Shown here: positions 1-8,792 of the stretch, in pieces
Layout of the letters: each line of letters opens with the position of its first letter
Position numbering within the stretch: the stretch's first letter is position 1
Assembly (NCBI GenBank): GCA_964244895.1
Contig: CAXTKV010000043.1
Span: 1-29,919 of the forward strand
Source: an uncultured Deinococcales bacterium
GTDB lineage: Bacteria > Deinococcota > Deinococci > Deinococcales > JAAFIG01
Direction: 5' to 3'
Length of the DNA stretch: 29,919 bases
Made by a program: the position numbers and the translations under genes
Notes under the pieces: generated by a model
Told to the model about the DNA's origin: nothing
Seen by the model: the letters and a program-made list of their open reading frames with translations, nothing else
The model's database searches: none

Positions 1-221
1 CGTATTTTCTGAGCGTGGCCAGCAAGTTGGGCGTTGACATGGATCAATTTCGCGCCTGCGCCTCGAGCCGCAAGTACAAGGGCTTGGTCGACGCGGGCCT
101 GGCCGAAAGCGCCCGGCTGGGCGTCCAGGGTACGCCGACCGTGTTCGTCAACGGCTACCGCGTGGCCAACGCCTACGACCGCGCCACGCTCGAGCGGCTG
201 GTCAATTTCGCCAGACCGTGA
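1..221 (+). CDS. DsbA/thioredoxin-fold protein, C-terminal fragment (5' end outside the window)
   Basis: Frame is open from base 3. C-terminal motif LGVQGTPTVFVNG is typical of the DsbA family; the CxxC motif is not in the window. Confidence 0.8.
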   Translation, partial: YFLSVASKLGVDMDQFRACASSRKYKGLVDAGLAESARLGVQGTPTVFVNGYRVANAYDRATLERLVNFARP

Positions 222-256
222 GTTGAGGCTCGAGAAAGCGACCGAGTACGTCTCAT

Positions 257-281
257 GGCAACCCTCGTGGTTGCCCTCACG
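257..281 (+). repeat. GTAG-type REP-like hairpin, degenerate copy lacking the GTAG foot
   Basis: GGCAACC-ctcgt-GGTTGCC-ctcacg matches the reverse complement of the copies at 23781 and 26694. Confidence 0.65.
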
Positions 282-300
282 AAGATCGTCGCTTTCTCGA

Positions 301-348
301 GAACACCGTCCAGCACGCATTCTCAAATTCGCGTACTGGACGGTGTTC
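301..348. repeat. Dispersed palindromic element, 48-bp form
   Basis: GAACACCGTCCAGCACGC-attctcaaattc-GCGTACTGGACGGTGTTC: 18-bp arms, 12-nt spacer, with CTCGAG overlapping its left end. Confidence 0.95.
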
Positions 349-455
349 TTCGATGCTCGAGGTGCAGCCCACGGAAATTTACTCGAGCTTCACGTCGAAA
401 CCGGAAGCTTCGGGGCGTCATAATGCACGCATCTCAGAAACCCGAGGGGGATTCC

Positions 456-2870
456 ATGCAGGATTACGAGAAACTCGGCGCGTTCTACGTCGGCAAGGTC
501 GCGCAGGACGGCAAACCGACCGATGAACTGCTGCTTTACGATTCGAGCGATCTGACCACGCACGCCGTGATCATCGGCATGACGGGTTCCGGCAAGACGG
601 GTCTGGGGATCGGGCTGCTGGAAGAAGCCGCGATGGACAAGATTCCGGTGATCGCGGTCGATCCGAAAGGCGACCTGACGAATTTGCTCTTGAGCTTCCC
701 AAACCTTGCTCCAGAGGATTTCAAACCGTGGGTCAACCTGGACGAGGCCGCGCGTCAGGGCATGGACGCGGACGCGTTCGCCAAAGCGCAATCGGAGATG
801 TGGACGAAAGGTCTGGCCGATTGGGGTCAGGATACGGAGCGCATCAAGCGCCTGCGCGAGAACTCGGATTTTGCGATCTACACTCCCGGCTCGAGCGCGG
901 GCTTGCAGGTCAGCGTCCTGAAAAGTTTCGACGCGCCCCCGGAGGCCGTGCGCTCCGATTCGGACGCGATGCGCGAGCGCATCCAGACGACCGCGACCGG
1001 CTTGCTGGGTTTGCTCGGCATCGACGCCGACCCGATCAAATCCCGCGAACACATTCTGATTTCCAACATCCTGTCCCAGGCTTGGTCGGCGGGTCAGAAC
1101 CTCGATCTGGGCGCGATGATTCAGGCCATCCAGAAACCGAGCTTCGAAAGAATCGGCGTGCTGGATCTGGAAAGTTTTTACCCCGCCAAGGAGCGCTTCG
1201 AGCTGGCCATGACGCTGAACAACCTGCTGGCCAGCCCAGGTTTTCAGTCCTGGATGGAAGGCGAGCCTCTGGACATCAAGAAGATGCTCTACACGGAGGC
1301 CGGAACGCCGCGCCTGACGGTTTTTTCCATCGCGCACCTGGGGGATGCCGAGCGCATGTTCTTCGTGACGCAACTCCTCAACGAGATGCTGGGCTGGATG
1401 CGCTCGCAGCCGGGCACGTCCAGCTTGCGCGCCATTTTGTACATGGACGAGATCTTCGGGTACTTCCCGCCGAACGGCAACCCGCCATCGAAAACCCCGA
1501 TGCTGACGCTCTTGAAGCAGGCTCGAGCTTTCGGGTTGGGGCTGGTGCTGGCCACGCAGAACCCCGTAGATCTGGACTACAAAGGCCTGTCCAACACCGG
1601 CACGTGGTTCATCGGGCGCTTGCAGACGGAGAACGACAAATCCCGCGTGCTGGAAGCCCTGGAAGGTGCGATGGCGGGACAGAACCCGATGTCCAGAGGC
1701 GACCTGGACAGGATGCTTTCCGGATTGGGCAAGCGCGTCTTCTTGATGCACAACGTCCACGAAGGTCATCCGGTCACGTTCCAGACGCGCTGGACGATGA
1801 GCTACCTGGCTGGCCCCATGACGGGCGAGCAGATCAAGAAAGTCATGAATGATCGGAAAACGCAGGCCACCTCGAGCGCGAAGACCGTCCAGGACTCAAA
1901 CTTGAGCGGTACAAAAACACCGTCCAGCGCGGCATCCACCTCGAGCCGTCCGTTGTTGCCGCCGCAGGTCAAACAATACTTCGTACCGACCACCGCCGAA
2001 TCCGGCGTGACCTACTACCCGATGGTCATCGGCGCAGCGCAAGCGCGGTATTCCAGCCCGAAATACAAGGTGGATACGGCCAAAACCCTGCGCCTGCTGG
2101 CCGAAATCGGCGATGGCCCGGTCGCGCTGAAATGGGACGATGCGACGGCGGTGGAACTCGAGCTGGACGCTCTGGAGACGGAACCGACGGCGTCCGGGGC
2201 GTTCGCGGATTTGCCCACCCAGGGCACGGACGCGAAAAATTACGACAGGTGGCAGAAGGAATTCGGCAAGTGGGTCGCGCAAACCCAGAGCCTGGTGCTG
2301 TACGAATCCAAAGCCAACAAACTGTTTTCCAACCCCGACGAATCCGAGGCGGATTTCCGCACGCGGCTCTCGCACGCCGCGCGCGAGGATCGGGACGCGC
2401 TCAAAGACAAGTTGCGCCAGAAGTACGCGCCGAAGCTTCAGACGCTCCAGGACAGGCTGGCTCGAGCCCAGGCCAACCAGGAACAGCAGGCCGCGCAAGC
2501 CCGACAGAAGGGCCTCGAGACCGCCGTGAACGTGGGGATGGGTGTACTGGGCGCGTTGTTCGGCGGCGGTCGCAGAACCTCCAGCGTGGTCAGCGCGGCG
2601 TCGCGCGCCGTCAAAAGTGCGGGGCGCACCTACAACGAAGCTCAGGACATTGGACGCGCCGCCGACACGGTGGAAGGCGTACAGACGCAGATTGCGGCGC
2701 TCAACCAGCAACTCGAGGATGAACTGAACGCCCTCGAGACCGTGACCGACGAGCAATTCGAGGAAGTGCGGATCAAGCCCAAAACCACCGATGTGAACCT
2801 GGAACTGGTCGCGCTGGCCTGGGTGCCTTACACGCGCAACGACAAGGGCGCGCTGAACCCAGCTTTTTAA
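456..2870 (+). CDS. HerA/FtsK-like (DUF87/DUF853-type) ATPase with C-terminal coiled coil
   Basis: Walker A GMTGSGKT, Walker B LYMDE, sensor LATQNP, QARAFG motif. ATG at 456 follows GAGGGGG; the longer ORF start at 255 runs through intergenic repeats. Confidence 0.85.
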   Translation: MQDYEKLGAFYVGKVAQDGKPTDELLLYDSSDLTTHAVIIGMTGSGKTGLGIGLLEEAAMDKIPVIAVDPKGDLTNLLLSFPNLAPEDFKPWVNLDEAARQGMDADAFAKAQSEMWTKGLADWGQDTERIKRLRENSDFAIYTPGSSAGLQVSVLKSFDAPPEAVRSDSDAMRERIQTTATGLLGLLGIDADPIKSREHILISNILSQAWSAGQNLDLGAMIQAIQKPSFERIGVLDLESFYPAKERFELAMTLNNLLASPGFQSWMEGEPLDIKKMLYTEAGTPRLTVFSIAHLGDAERMFFVTQLLNEMLGWMRSQPGTSSLRAILYMDEIFGYFPPNGNPPSKTPMLTLLKQARAFGLGLVLATQNPVDLDYKGLSNTGTWFIGRLQTENDKSRVLEALEGAMAGQNPMSRGDLDRMLSGLGKRVFLMHNVHEGHPVTFQTRWTMSYLAGPMTGEQIKKVMNDRKTQATSSAKTVQDSNLSGTKTPSSAASTSSRPLLPPQVKQYFVPTTAESGVTYYPMVIGAAQARYSSPKYKVDTAKTLRLLAEIGDGPVALKWDDATAVELELDALETEPTASGAFADLPTQGTDAKNYDRWQKEFGKWVAQTQSLVLYESKANKLFSNPDESEADFRTRLSHAAREDRDALKDKLRQKYAPKLQTLQDRLARAQANQEQQAAQARQKGLETAVNVGMGVLGALFGGGRRTSSVVSAASRAVKSAGRTYNEAQDIGRAADTVEGVQTQIAALNQQLEDELNALETVTDEQFEEVRIKPKTTDVNLELVALAWVPYTRNDKGALNPAF
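1880..1937. repeat. Dispersed palindromic element, 58-bp form, in frame inside the ATPase linker
   Basis: GAAGAC-CGTCCAGGACT ... AAACAC-CGTCCAGCGCG-GCATCC; cores start at 1886 and 1921 (35 bp apart); flanked by direct repeat CCACCTCGAGC (1867-1877, 1936-1946). Confidence 0.65.
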
Positions 2871-2878
2871 ATACGCGG

Positions 2879-2936
2879 GAACACCGTCCTGGACGACGTC
2901 CTGAAGGTGTACTCGTCCGCCTTCAGGACGGTGCTC
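2879..2936. repeat. Dispersed palindromic element, 58-bp form, between convergent genes
   Basis: GAACAC-CGTCCTGGACG ... CCTTCAGGACG-GTGCTC; outer cores at 2885 and 2920; extra internal core-like CGTCCTGAAGG. Confidence 0.85.
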
Positions 2937-2948
2937 CCAAGATTGCCG

Positions 2949-3863
2949 TTACTTCCACATTTCCTCGGCGAAGATGTCGCCGGCCAACGGCGCGGGCGTC
3001 CCCCCGGTCGCGCGGTCAATCGTGGAAGCCCCGTCCCACAAGGCGCTTACCGCGCCTTGACCCTGACCCCAGATCGGGATGGCCGAGGCCGCATCAACCG
3101 CGATGTCCTTCGCAAAGCGAGTCGAGCCAGCCATGTCCTTGTCCGCCGCATCCAGGTTCCCTTGGGAGGCGTGGTACGCCCCCATGCCCGAGGACGCGAG
3201 CGACTTCAACCCGTCAATTCCGGCTCCGGCCAAACCCACGCCCGTACCGATGCCTGGGATGAAGCCACCCAAGTCCCAGGCCGTACTGATCCCTGCGTCG
3301 GCCACGCCACCCCACTTGTTGCCGAGCAATTGCTTCGTGCCCCAGAAGTCATCCTTGAGGTCGTCCCCGGTGAAGATTGAGCGCTGGATGCCCAACCCGA
3401 GGCCGCCGTGAACCTGCGCCTGATCCCCGGAGGCCACACGGCTCGAGGCGGCCTCGGCTTCGGCCTCGCTCGCGTCGCCAGATTCGCTCACGTCGAGCTC
3501 GTCGGGCAGGCTCGGGTTCGGGCCGTGCGCGCTCTGTTGGACGGTGTGGGCGAGTTCGTGCGCGAGGAGGCGCTGGCCGTCGGACGATTCAGGTTCGAAG
3601 CGTCCCTCGCCGAAGACGATGTTGGAACCCACGGCGTAGGCGCTCGCACCGAGCGCGCGGGCGCTCTCGGCGGCGGACTTGTCGGCGAAGACGCGGATGT
3701 GCTCGAAGCTGTGCCCGAAGCGCGGTTCGAGGCTGGCGCGCGTCTCGGGCTCAAGTGGGCGTCCCGAACCTTGAAGCGCGTGCCTCACGGTATCCGCACC
3801 AACATGGCCCGCGCGCTGGTCGGGCTCGAGGTCGCGTTTGCGATGCACACGGAGTCGTTCCAT
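2949..3863 (-). CDS. DUF4157 (eCIS-core) domain protein with a pre-toxin-TG-like C-terminus
   Basis: LEPRFGHSFEHIRVF..ARALGASAYAVGSNIVFG..LLAHELAHTVQQ (HExxH). ATG at 3863 is preceded by GAGGAGA. C-terminal GFIPGIG..AASAIPIWG repeats. Confidence 0.85.
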   Translation of the reverse strand: MERLRVHRKRDLEPDQRAGHVGADTVRHALQGSGRPLEPETRASLEPRFGHSFEHIRVFADKSAAESARALGASAYAVGSNIVFGEGRFEPESSDGQRLLAHELAHTVQQSAHGPNPSLPDELDVSESGDASEAEAEAASSRVASGDQAQVHGGLGLGIQRSIFTGDDLKDDFWGTKQLLGNKWGGVADAGISTAWDLGGFIPGIGTGVGLAGAGIDGLKSLASSGMGAYHASQGNLDAADKDMAGSTRFAKDIAVDAASAIPIWGQGQGAVSALWDGASTIDRATGGTPAPLAGDIFAEEMWK

Positions 3864-4086
3864 ATTGTTCTCCTCGGCAACAGCCTGGCCTGCATTGATC
3901 TTACTATCTGGTTCCGGAATCAATTCCAAAACGTCGATATTGCTCCGTCAGGAACGAGGTTCGACCCGTTTTGCCCTGCCTAAACGTGTTGCGCGCCTCT
4001 GAGCGCCGGGCGCAACCGAAGAACGCTCCCCTGAACGGCATTGCTCGGTTTCGAGAACGCGCGCCGGACGGTTTCTCGAGCCTCGA

Positions 4087-4488
4087 TCACTCGAACAAAT
4101 CTTGCTCTTCGATGCCCCAGATGCCCACCGGGGCCAGTTCGAGCAAATTCCCGGCTGGATCGCGGAAGTACAGGCTCGTGCCGCGACCCCCGGACCACTC
4201 GTAAGACATGACCTCGACGCCCATCGTCTCGAGCTTGGAGCGCCACGCGGGAAGCTCGAGCGGCTCGACGCGGAAGCAGGCGTGACCGCCCTCCGCACCC
4301 GCGTGCGGCGGCAATTCCCCAGCGATGGCGCTCGCGGCGGGATTAAAAATCAAGAACATCGTGCCACCAGCCCGGAAAAACGCGTGCCGACCCTGAACCC
4401 TCGAGACGAACTCCAGCCCGAGCGCGCGGTAAAAGGCTTCCGCCGCCACCAGATCGCGGGCGTACAGGCAAGTCTCGAGCACGCGCAC
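4087..4488 (-). CDS. VOC/glyoxalase family protein
   Basis: LETCLYARDLVAAEAFY, GHACF, SLYFRDPAGNLLEL motifs; TATTCT 5 nt before the GTG. Confidence 0.9.
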   Translation of the reverse strand: MRVLETCLYARDLVAAEAFYRALGLEFVSRVQGRHAFFRAGGTMFLIFNPAASAIAGELPPHAGAEGGHACFRVEPLELPAWRSKLETMGVEVMSYEWSGGRGTSLYFRDPAGNLLELAPVGIWGIEEQDLFE

Positions 4489-4504
4489 GGTTCAGAATAC
4501 CCGA

Positions 4505-4552
4505 AAAGACCATCCGGAGCACGCGCACAAAAACGCGTACTAGACGGTCTTC
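4505..4552. repeat. Dispersed palindromic element, 48-bp form (degenerate left arm), between divergent genes
   Basis: AAAGAC-CATCCGGAGCA ... CGTACTAGACG-GTCTTC; cores 25 bp apart; followed by CTCGAG. Confidence 0.75.
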
Positions 4553-4608
4553 TCGAGGAGCTCACGACCTCACACCCAATCCTTCCGGGGCGCGGTACGC
4601 TCAGGCGC

Positions 4609-5136
4609 GTGATTCAAATTCTGGGCATTTCAGGGAGCCTTCGGAGCGTTTCCAGAAACACGATCCTGCTGCGCGCCGCCGCCAGCCTGACGCCGCACGG
4701 CACCAGAATCAACCTGTACGCGGGCATTGCGGATTTGCCGCACTTCAACCCGGATCTCGAGGAAACCGAACCGGCGGCCTTGATGGATTTCCGGGCGCAG
4801 TTGCGCGCCAGCCACGCCGTGCTGATCTGCTCGCCGGAGTACGCGCACGGCGTGCCGGGTGCGCTCAAGAACGCGCTCGATTGGGTGGTCGGCAGCGGCG
4901 AATTTTCTGGCAAACCAGTCGGGTTGCTGAACGCGTCCTTGCGGGCGAATCACGCGCAAGAATCGTTGGCGGAAACGCTCAGGACGATGGATGCCCGCGT
5001 CATCCCGGAAGCCTGCGTTCGAGTGCCGCTTCCCGCCGAGATCACCGAGGCCGGGATCGTCTCGAGCCCGGAAGTCTCGGGCGCGTTGCGCGCCGCGATT
5101 CGAGCCCTGATCGAGACCGTCGAGGATTCGGTTTAA
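4609..5136 (+). CDS. NADPH-dependent FMN reductase (flavodoxin-like)
   Basis: ILGISGSLR..SRN, SPEYAHGVPGALKNALDW, SGKPV motifs; TACGCT 7 nt before GTG 4609. Confidence 0.9.
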   Translation: MIQILGISGSLRSVSRNTILLRAAASLTPHGTRINLYAGIADLPHFNPDLEETEPAALMDFRAQLRASHAVLICSPEYAHGVPGALKNALDWVVGSGEFSGKPVGLLNASLRANHAQESLAETLRTMDARVIPEACVRVPLPAEITEAGIVSSPEVSGALRAAIRALIETVEDSV

Positions 5137-5152
5137 GGGGTCGCGCGCTCGA

Positions 5153-5200
5153 GAACACCGTCCTGGACGCGAGCTCGAGAATGCGTCCGGGACGGTATCC
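5153..5200. repeat. Dispersed palindromic element, 48-bp form
   Basis: GAACACCGTCCTGGACGC-gagctcgagaat-GCGTCCGGGACGGTATCC with TCGA on both sides. Confidence 0.9.
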
Positions 5201-5223
5201 TCGAACCATTCACGTTCGAATGC

Positions 5224-5913
5224 TCACTCGGGAAGCTGCGTGCTCGACCACAACTCGAGCGACAGCACGACCGCAATCACGGTCGCGGCGGCAGCGGCAG
5301 CCACCCGAGGATCGCCCGAGAGCCTGAGCGTCCCGAACGAGATCAGCAACACGAGCGGAATCGCGTAGAACACGGAAATTTTCTTTCGCCCGCTGGATAC
5401 CAGCACCACCGGGAAGGGCTGCTGCCGATTGACGTTTCGGATCATCGTCGAAAGCCCCAGCGCCGGGTAGGCGCGTTCGACACCCTGAATGAACTGGCCC
5501 GTCCCGATCAACAGCACGTGATAGTAAAAACGATCCAGCAAGTAGAGCATGAACCAGACCAGAGCAGCGACCAGCAACAACGGCCCGACGAATTCCAGTT
5601 GAGGATTGAGGCCGACATTCTCGAAGCACGAATCGAGCTTGCCATCGTGCGCCTTGATGCAGCCTTTGATGGTCTCGCTGAGCGGCGTGGCGTCTTTCAG
5701 CAGGCCGAGCAATCCGACTTCCCGGTCGGACTGCACCTTGAACAGCGCCGCGACGCCAGCCAGCACCGCCCCGGCGAAGACGAAGGCGATGTTGCGAATC
5801 TGAAACAGGATCGTGTTGAAATGCCGGTGCATCTCCTGAGCTTGCTTCCAGACTTCCAGCACGTCCGTCGGCGTGCTCGCAGGCGCGGGCGGCGGGGGCG
5901 GAAGCTGAGCCAT
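5224..5913 (-). CDS. Hypothetical integral membrane protein (about 4 hydrophobic segments)
   Basis: 229-aa ORF with hydrophobic stretches (IAFVFAGAVLAGVAALF; LLLVAALVWFMLYLL; FYAIPLVLLISF; AAAATVIAVVLSL); extended -10 TGaTACCGT 6 nt before the ATG. Confidence 0.75.
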   Translation of the reverse strand: MAQLPPPPPAPASTPTDVLEVWKQAQEMHRHFNTILFQIRNIAFVFAGAVLAGVAALFKVQSDREVGLLGLLKDATPLSETIKGCIKAHDGKLDSCFENVGLNPQLEFVGPLLLVAALVWFMLYLLDRFYYHVLLIGTGQFIQGVERAYPALGLSTMIRNVNRQQPFPVVLVSSGRKKISVFYAIPLVLLISFGTLRLSGDPRVAAAAAATVIAVVLSLELWSSTQLPE

Positions 5914-5964
5914 GCTGGCACGGTATCACGCTCCGCGATCAAGGCGACAGATCGAGCTTTTCGG

Positions 5965-5987
5965 GCGTTTCTAACGGTATTCTCGAG
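5965..5987. repeat. Degenerate half copy (right arm) of the dispersed element
   Basis: GCGTTTCTAACGGTATTCTCGAG resembles GCGTCCTGGACGGTGTTCTCGAG. Confidence 0.45.
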
Positions 5988-6152
5988 CCTCGTATCGACT
6001 TTAATTTGGTCTGCGCAGGAGTGCTCGAAACTCGCCACCACCGATCAATCGGCTCGAGCCGCGCGTCAGGCACAAAGAGCATCAAAACCCGCACCGATCA
6101 CGCCAACCAATGATGGCCGACCTGGAGCCGACCGATCCGTTTTCGTGAGCGC

Positions 6153-6170
6153 GAGCATCGTTCTGGACGC
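6153..6170. repeat. Degenerate half copy (left arm) of the dispersed element
   Basis: GAGCATCGTTCTGGACGC resembles GAACACCGTCCTGGACGC. Confidence 0.45.
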
Positions 6171-6322
6171 AAGAATACGGGTTTTGACAAAGCAATCCCA
6201 ACGCGGTGCTACCGTCAGCCTGTCCACCCAGGAAGACCCCGTCTCGAGCGCAAATGGCAATCGGCCCCGAACTCGATCAGGGATTCGCGATTCCCGACGG
6301 GGCGGCATCAACTGGAGGATCC

Positions 6323-8560
6323 ATGACCAGACCAGCGTCGAAATCCAAAAGCCCACCGCTCCCGCCTTTGGCCATCGCTCAAAGCCCGGACGCCATCAAA
6401 CTCGACTTCGCCGAACCGGATCAGACCCGCCTCTGGAACCGCATTTCAAAAGTCACGCAAGCGCCCCCAGAGACCGTTACGGCGATCATGGCGGGCGATG
6501 CCAGCACGGTCGAGCAACTCGACGCGCGCGGGCGCAGCAAGGTCGCGGAGCTCTTGACGCCCGAGAGCCACAGCGCGCTCGAGCGGATCATCGGGCCGAA
6601 CATCGATTTTCAGGATGTCGTGGATCTGGAACTGGCTCGCGCTGCTGCCAGCAGCGTGGCGCGCGTCGTGAAGGCCCTGGATGGCTCGCCTCAAGGAACC
6701 GGTTTCATGGTCAGCCCAGGCTTGTTCTTGACGAACAACCACGTCGTCGTGAAAGACCCGGAATCCACCAAAGCCAGCGTGCCAGACGAGGCGCGAGGGC
6801 TCGAAATCGAATTTAACTTCGAAGAGGACGAGAACAACGCCCTGCGCCCGATTTCACGCTTCGCTCTCGACCCGGATCTGTTCATGCTCTCGAGCGCCTC
6901 GGGGGAATTCGATTTTGCGCTCGTCGCCGTCGGTGAGCGCATCAGTGGCCCGGCCACGCTCGAGCAATTCGGTTTCTGCCCGCTTTCGGCAGCCAGCGAC
7001 AAGCACGCTGAACTGAATTTCGCGAACATCATTCAGCACCCGGAGGGCAAGCCCAAAAAAATCGCCATGCGCGAGAACCGCGTCAACGGTCGCGGCGAAA
7101 AAGGGATCGCGCTCTTTTACGGCGCGGACACGCTGAACGGCTCGAGCGGCAGCCCGGTTTTCAACGACGAATACGAGCTCATCGCCCTGCACCACTCGGG
7201 CGCACCGACGCTGGAAAAAACCTTCGATAACAAAGACAACGATCTCGTGCCCGTAGACCAGAACAACGAAGGCATCCGCATCAGCGCGCTGGTCGAATAT
7301 CTGCGAGCCCGTCTGGACGAACTCGATGCGCCGAAGCGCAAGCTGCTCGAGCAGGCGCTCGACGCGGGCTTTCGGGGACCGAGCCTGATGCGTTGGCAGG
7401 ATCAGACCGCCCCGAAAACCAGCCTCGATCGGCAGGAATCCATCTCGAACCCGCAAGGCGCGAAAGCACAGGTGAACCCTCTCATGACCCCAGAAACCGC
7501 GATCCCGAAACCACCCGAAACCTCCGCGCAGCCCAGCCCACGCATCGCGGCAACGCAGAACGCTCAATCCATCGTGCTACCGACGCTTCGTCTGACATTA
7601 CCGGTCGAGCTTCAGATCGTCCCCACCACGGCGGGCGCGAACCTGAACCTGGAATTCGCCAGCGAACTCGAGCGGCGCAAACGCACCACGGGTGCGGACG
7701 CCGATTTCAGCAATCGCACCGGCTACGCTCCAGATTTCCTGGGTGACGACGTGCCCTTGCCGATCCCATCCCGGATGCTCGAGGCCAGGCTGGCGCGCAA
7801 CAAGCAACCCAGCCCAGGCAAACCCGAATACGTGCTGGACTACCAGTACTTCAGCCTGGCCATGCAGGGCGAGCGGCGCATCGCGGCGTTCACCGCCATC
7901 AACATCAACGACCGCGACCGCTTCGACGTGCCGCGCCAGAACGATGTCTGGAGCACCGACCCGCGCGTCGAACTGACCGAGCAGACCGACGAGAGCCTCT
8001 ACGCCAACAACGACCTGGATCGCGGCCACATCGTTCGGCGGGCCGATACGAACTGGGGGCCGCAAGAACTGGCGGTGCGCGCGAATTTCGATACTTTCCA
8101 CTACACCAACTGCAGCCCGCAGCACGCGGCCTTCAACCAGTCGGAGCGCAACGGCCTGTGGGGAATGCTCGAGAATTACGTGATCCTGAAGGCCGCCGGG
8201 GAGCGCCTGAGCGTCCTGGGTGGGCCGATCCTCAAGGAGAATGATCCCCTGTACCGTGGAATCCTCTTGCCGCGCGAGTTCTGGAAGATTCTGGTGCGCG
8301 TCAACGACGCGGGTCAGATTGCGGCCAGCGCCTTCGTGCTGTCCCAAGAAAAGTTGCTGGCTCAGGTGCTGGAGAGAACGTCGGGGTCAAAGAGCCTGAC
8401 CGACGAGCAGGCGCGGCTCTCGCAGCGCAGCATCCAGGAACTCGAATCGCTGACCGATCTCGATTTCGGCACCATTCGTCAGGCGGACACGATGCGCCCC
8501 AGCCCCCACGAATCCCTCGGCGGGCGCGAGGTCAAGCAGTTCTCCGATCTGGAGCTGTAA
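6323..8560 (+). CDS. Trypsin-like serine protease fused to a DNA/RNA non-specific (NucA/EndoG-type) endonuclease
   Basis: Protease triad motifs GTGFMV..LTNNHVV, FDFALV, DTLNGSSGSPV; nuclease LDRGHIV and PQHAAFNQ..WGMLE. ATG 6323 is preceded by GGAGG; no signal peptide visible. Confidence 0.9.
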   Translation: MTRPASKSKSPPLPPLAIAQSPDAIKLDFAEPDQTRLWNRISKVTQAPPETVTAIMAGDASTVEQLDARGRSKVAELLTPESHSALERIIGPNIDFQDVVDLELARAAASSVARVVKALDGSPQGTGFMVSPGLFLTNNHVVVKDPESTKASVPDEARGLEIEFNFEEDENNALRPISRFALDPDLFMLSSASGEFDFALVAVGERISGPATLEQFGFCPLSAASDKHAELNFANIIQHPEGKPKKIAMRENRVNGRGEKGIALFYGADTLNGSSGSPVFNDEYELIALHHSGAPTLEKTFDNKDNDLVPVDQNNEGIRISALVEYLRARLDELDAPKRKLLEQALDAGFRGPSLMRWQDQTAPKTSLDRQESISNPQGAKAQVNPLMTPETAIPKPPETSAQPSPRIAATQNAQSIVLPTLRLTLPVELQIVPTTAGANLNLEFASELERRKRTTGADADFSNRTGYAPDFLGDDVPLPIPSRMLEARLARNKQPSPGKPEYVLDYQYFSLAMQGERRIAAFTAININDRDRFDVPRQNDVWSTDPRVELTEQTDESLYANNDLDRGHIVRRADTNWGPQELAVRANFDTFHYTNCSPQHAAFNQSERNGLWGMLENYVILKAAGERLSVLGGPILKENDPLYRGILLPREFWKILVRVNDAGQIAASAFVLSQEKLLAQVLERTSGSKSLTDEQARLSQRSIQELESLTDLDFGTIRQADTMRPSPHESLGGREVKQFSDLEL

Positions 8561-8578
8561 ACCCTGCTGGCATTCAAA

Positions 8579-8626
8579 GAACACCGTCCAGCACACGTTT
8601 GCGATCTCGTGCGCTGAACGGTGTTC
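8579..8626. repeat. Dispersed palindromic element, 48-bp form
   Basis: GAACACCGTCCAGCACAC-gtttgcgatctc-GTGCGCTGAACGGTGTTC, followed by TCGAG. Confidence 0.92.
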
Positions 8627-8792
8627 TCGAGCGAGGCATCTGCGAGATCGACACCATTCTTCGTCTCGCACCCAGTCCGTTCACAGGACTCAAGCGCGAC
8701 ACCGCCGTGAACTCATTGCCCGAACACCCACCGCTCACCGGTGGCGTCTAGCCTCGAAATCGCGTTTTGCGCTCGCTCGAAAAGGGGTAACG

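Noticed and set aside
301..348. LexA/SOS box (GAAC-N4-GTTC) regulon, given uvrC and the DinB-family gene
   Set aside because: GAAC and GTTC are 15 or 40 nt apart, not 4, and the sites are not restricted to repair genes.
255..455. N-terminal extension of the ATPase ORF (also 6206-6322, 4102-4608, 16647-16784, 3864-3929)
   Set aside because: These run through repeats, other genes or intergenic DNA; downstream starts have clear RBS or leaderless -10 signals.
390..1769. Long antisense or alternative-frame ORFs (e.g. 390-1769, 10366-11820, 24866-26563, 25179-26705)
   Set aside because: Shadow ORFs of high-GC genes, with no motifs and mostly Arg/Gly/Ala-biased or antisense-typical composition.
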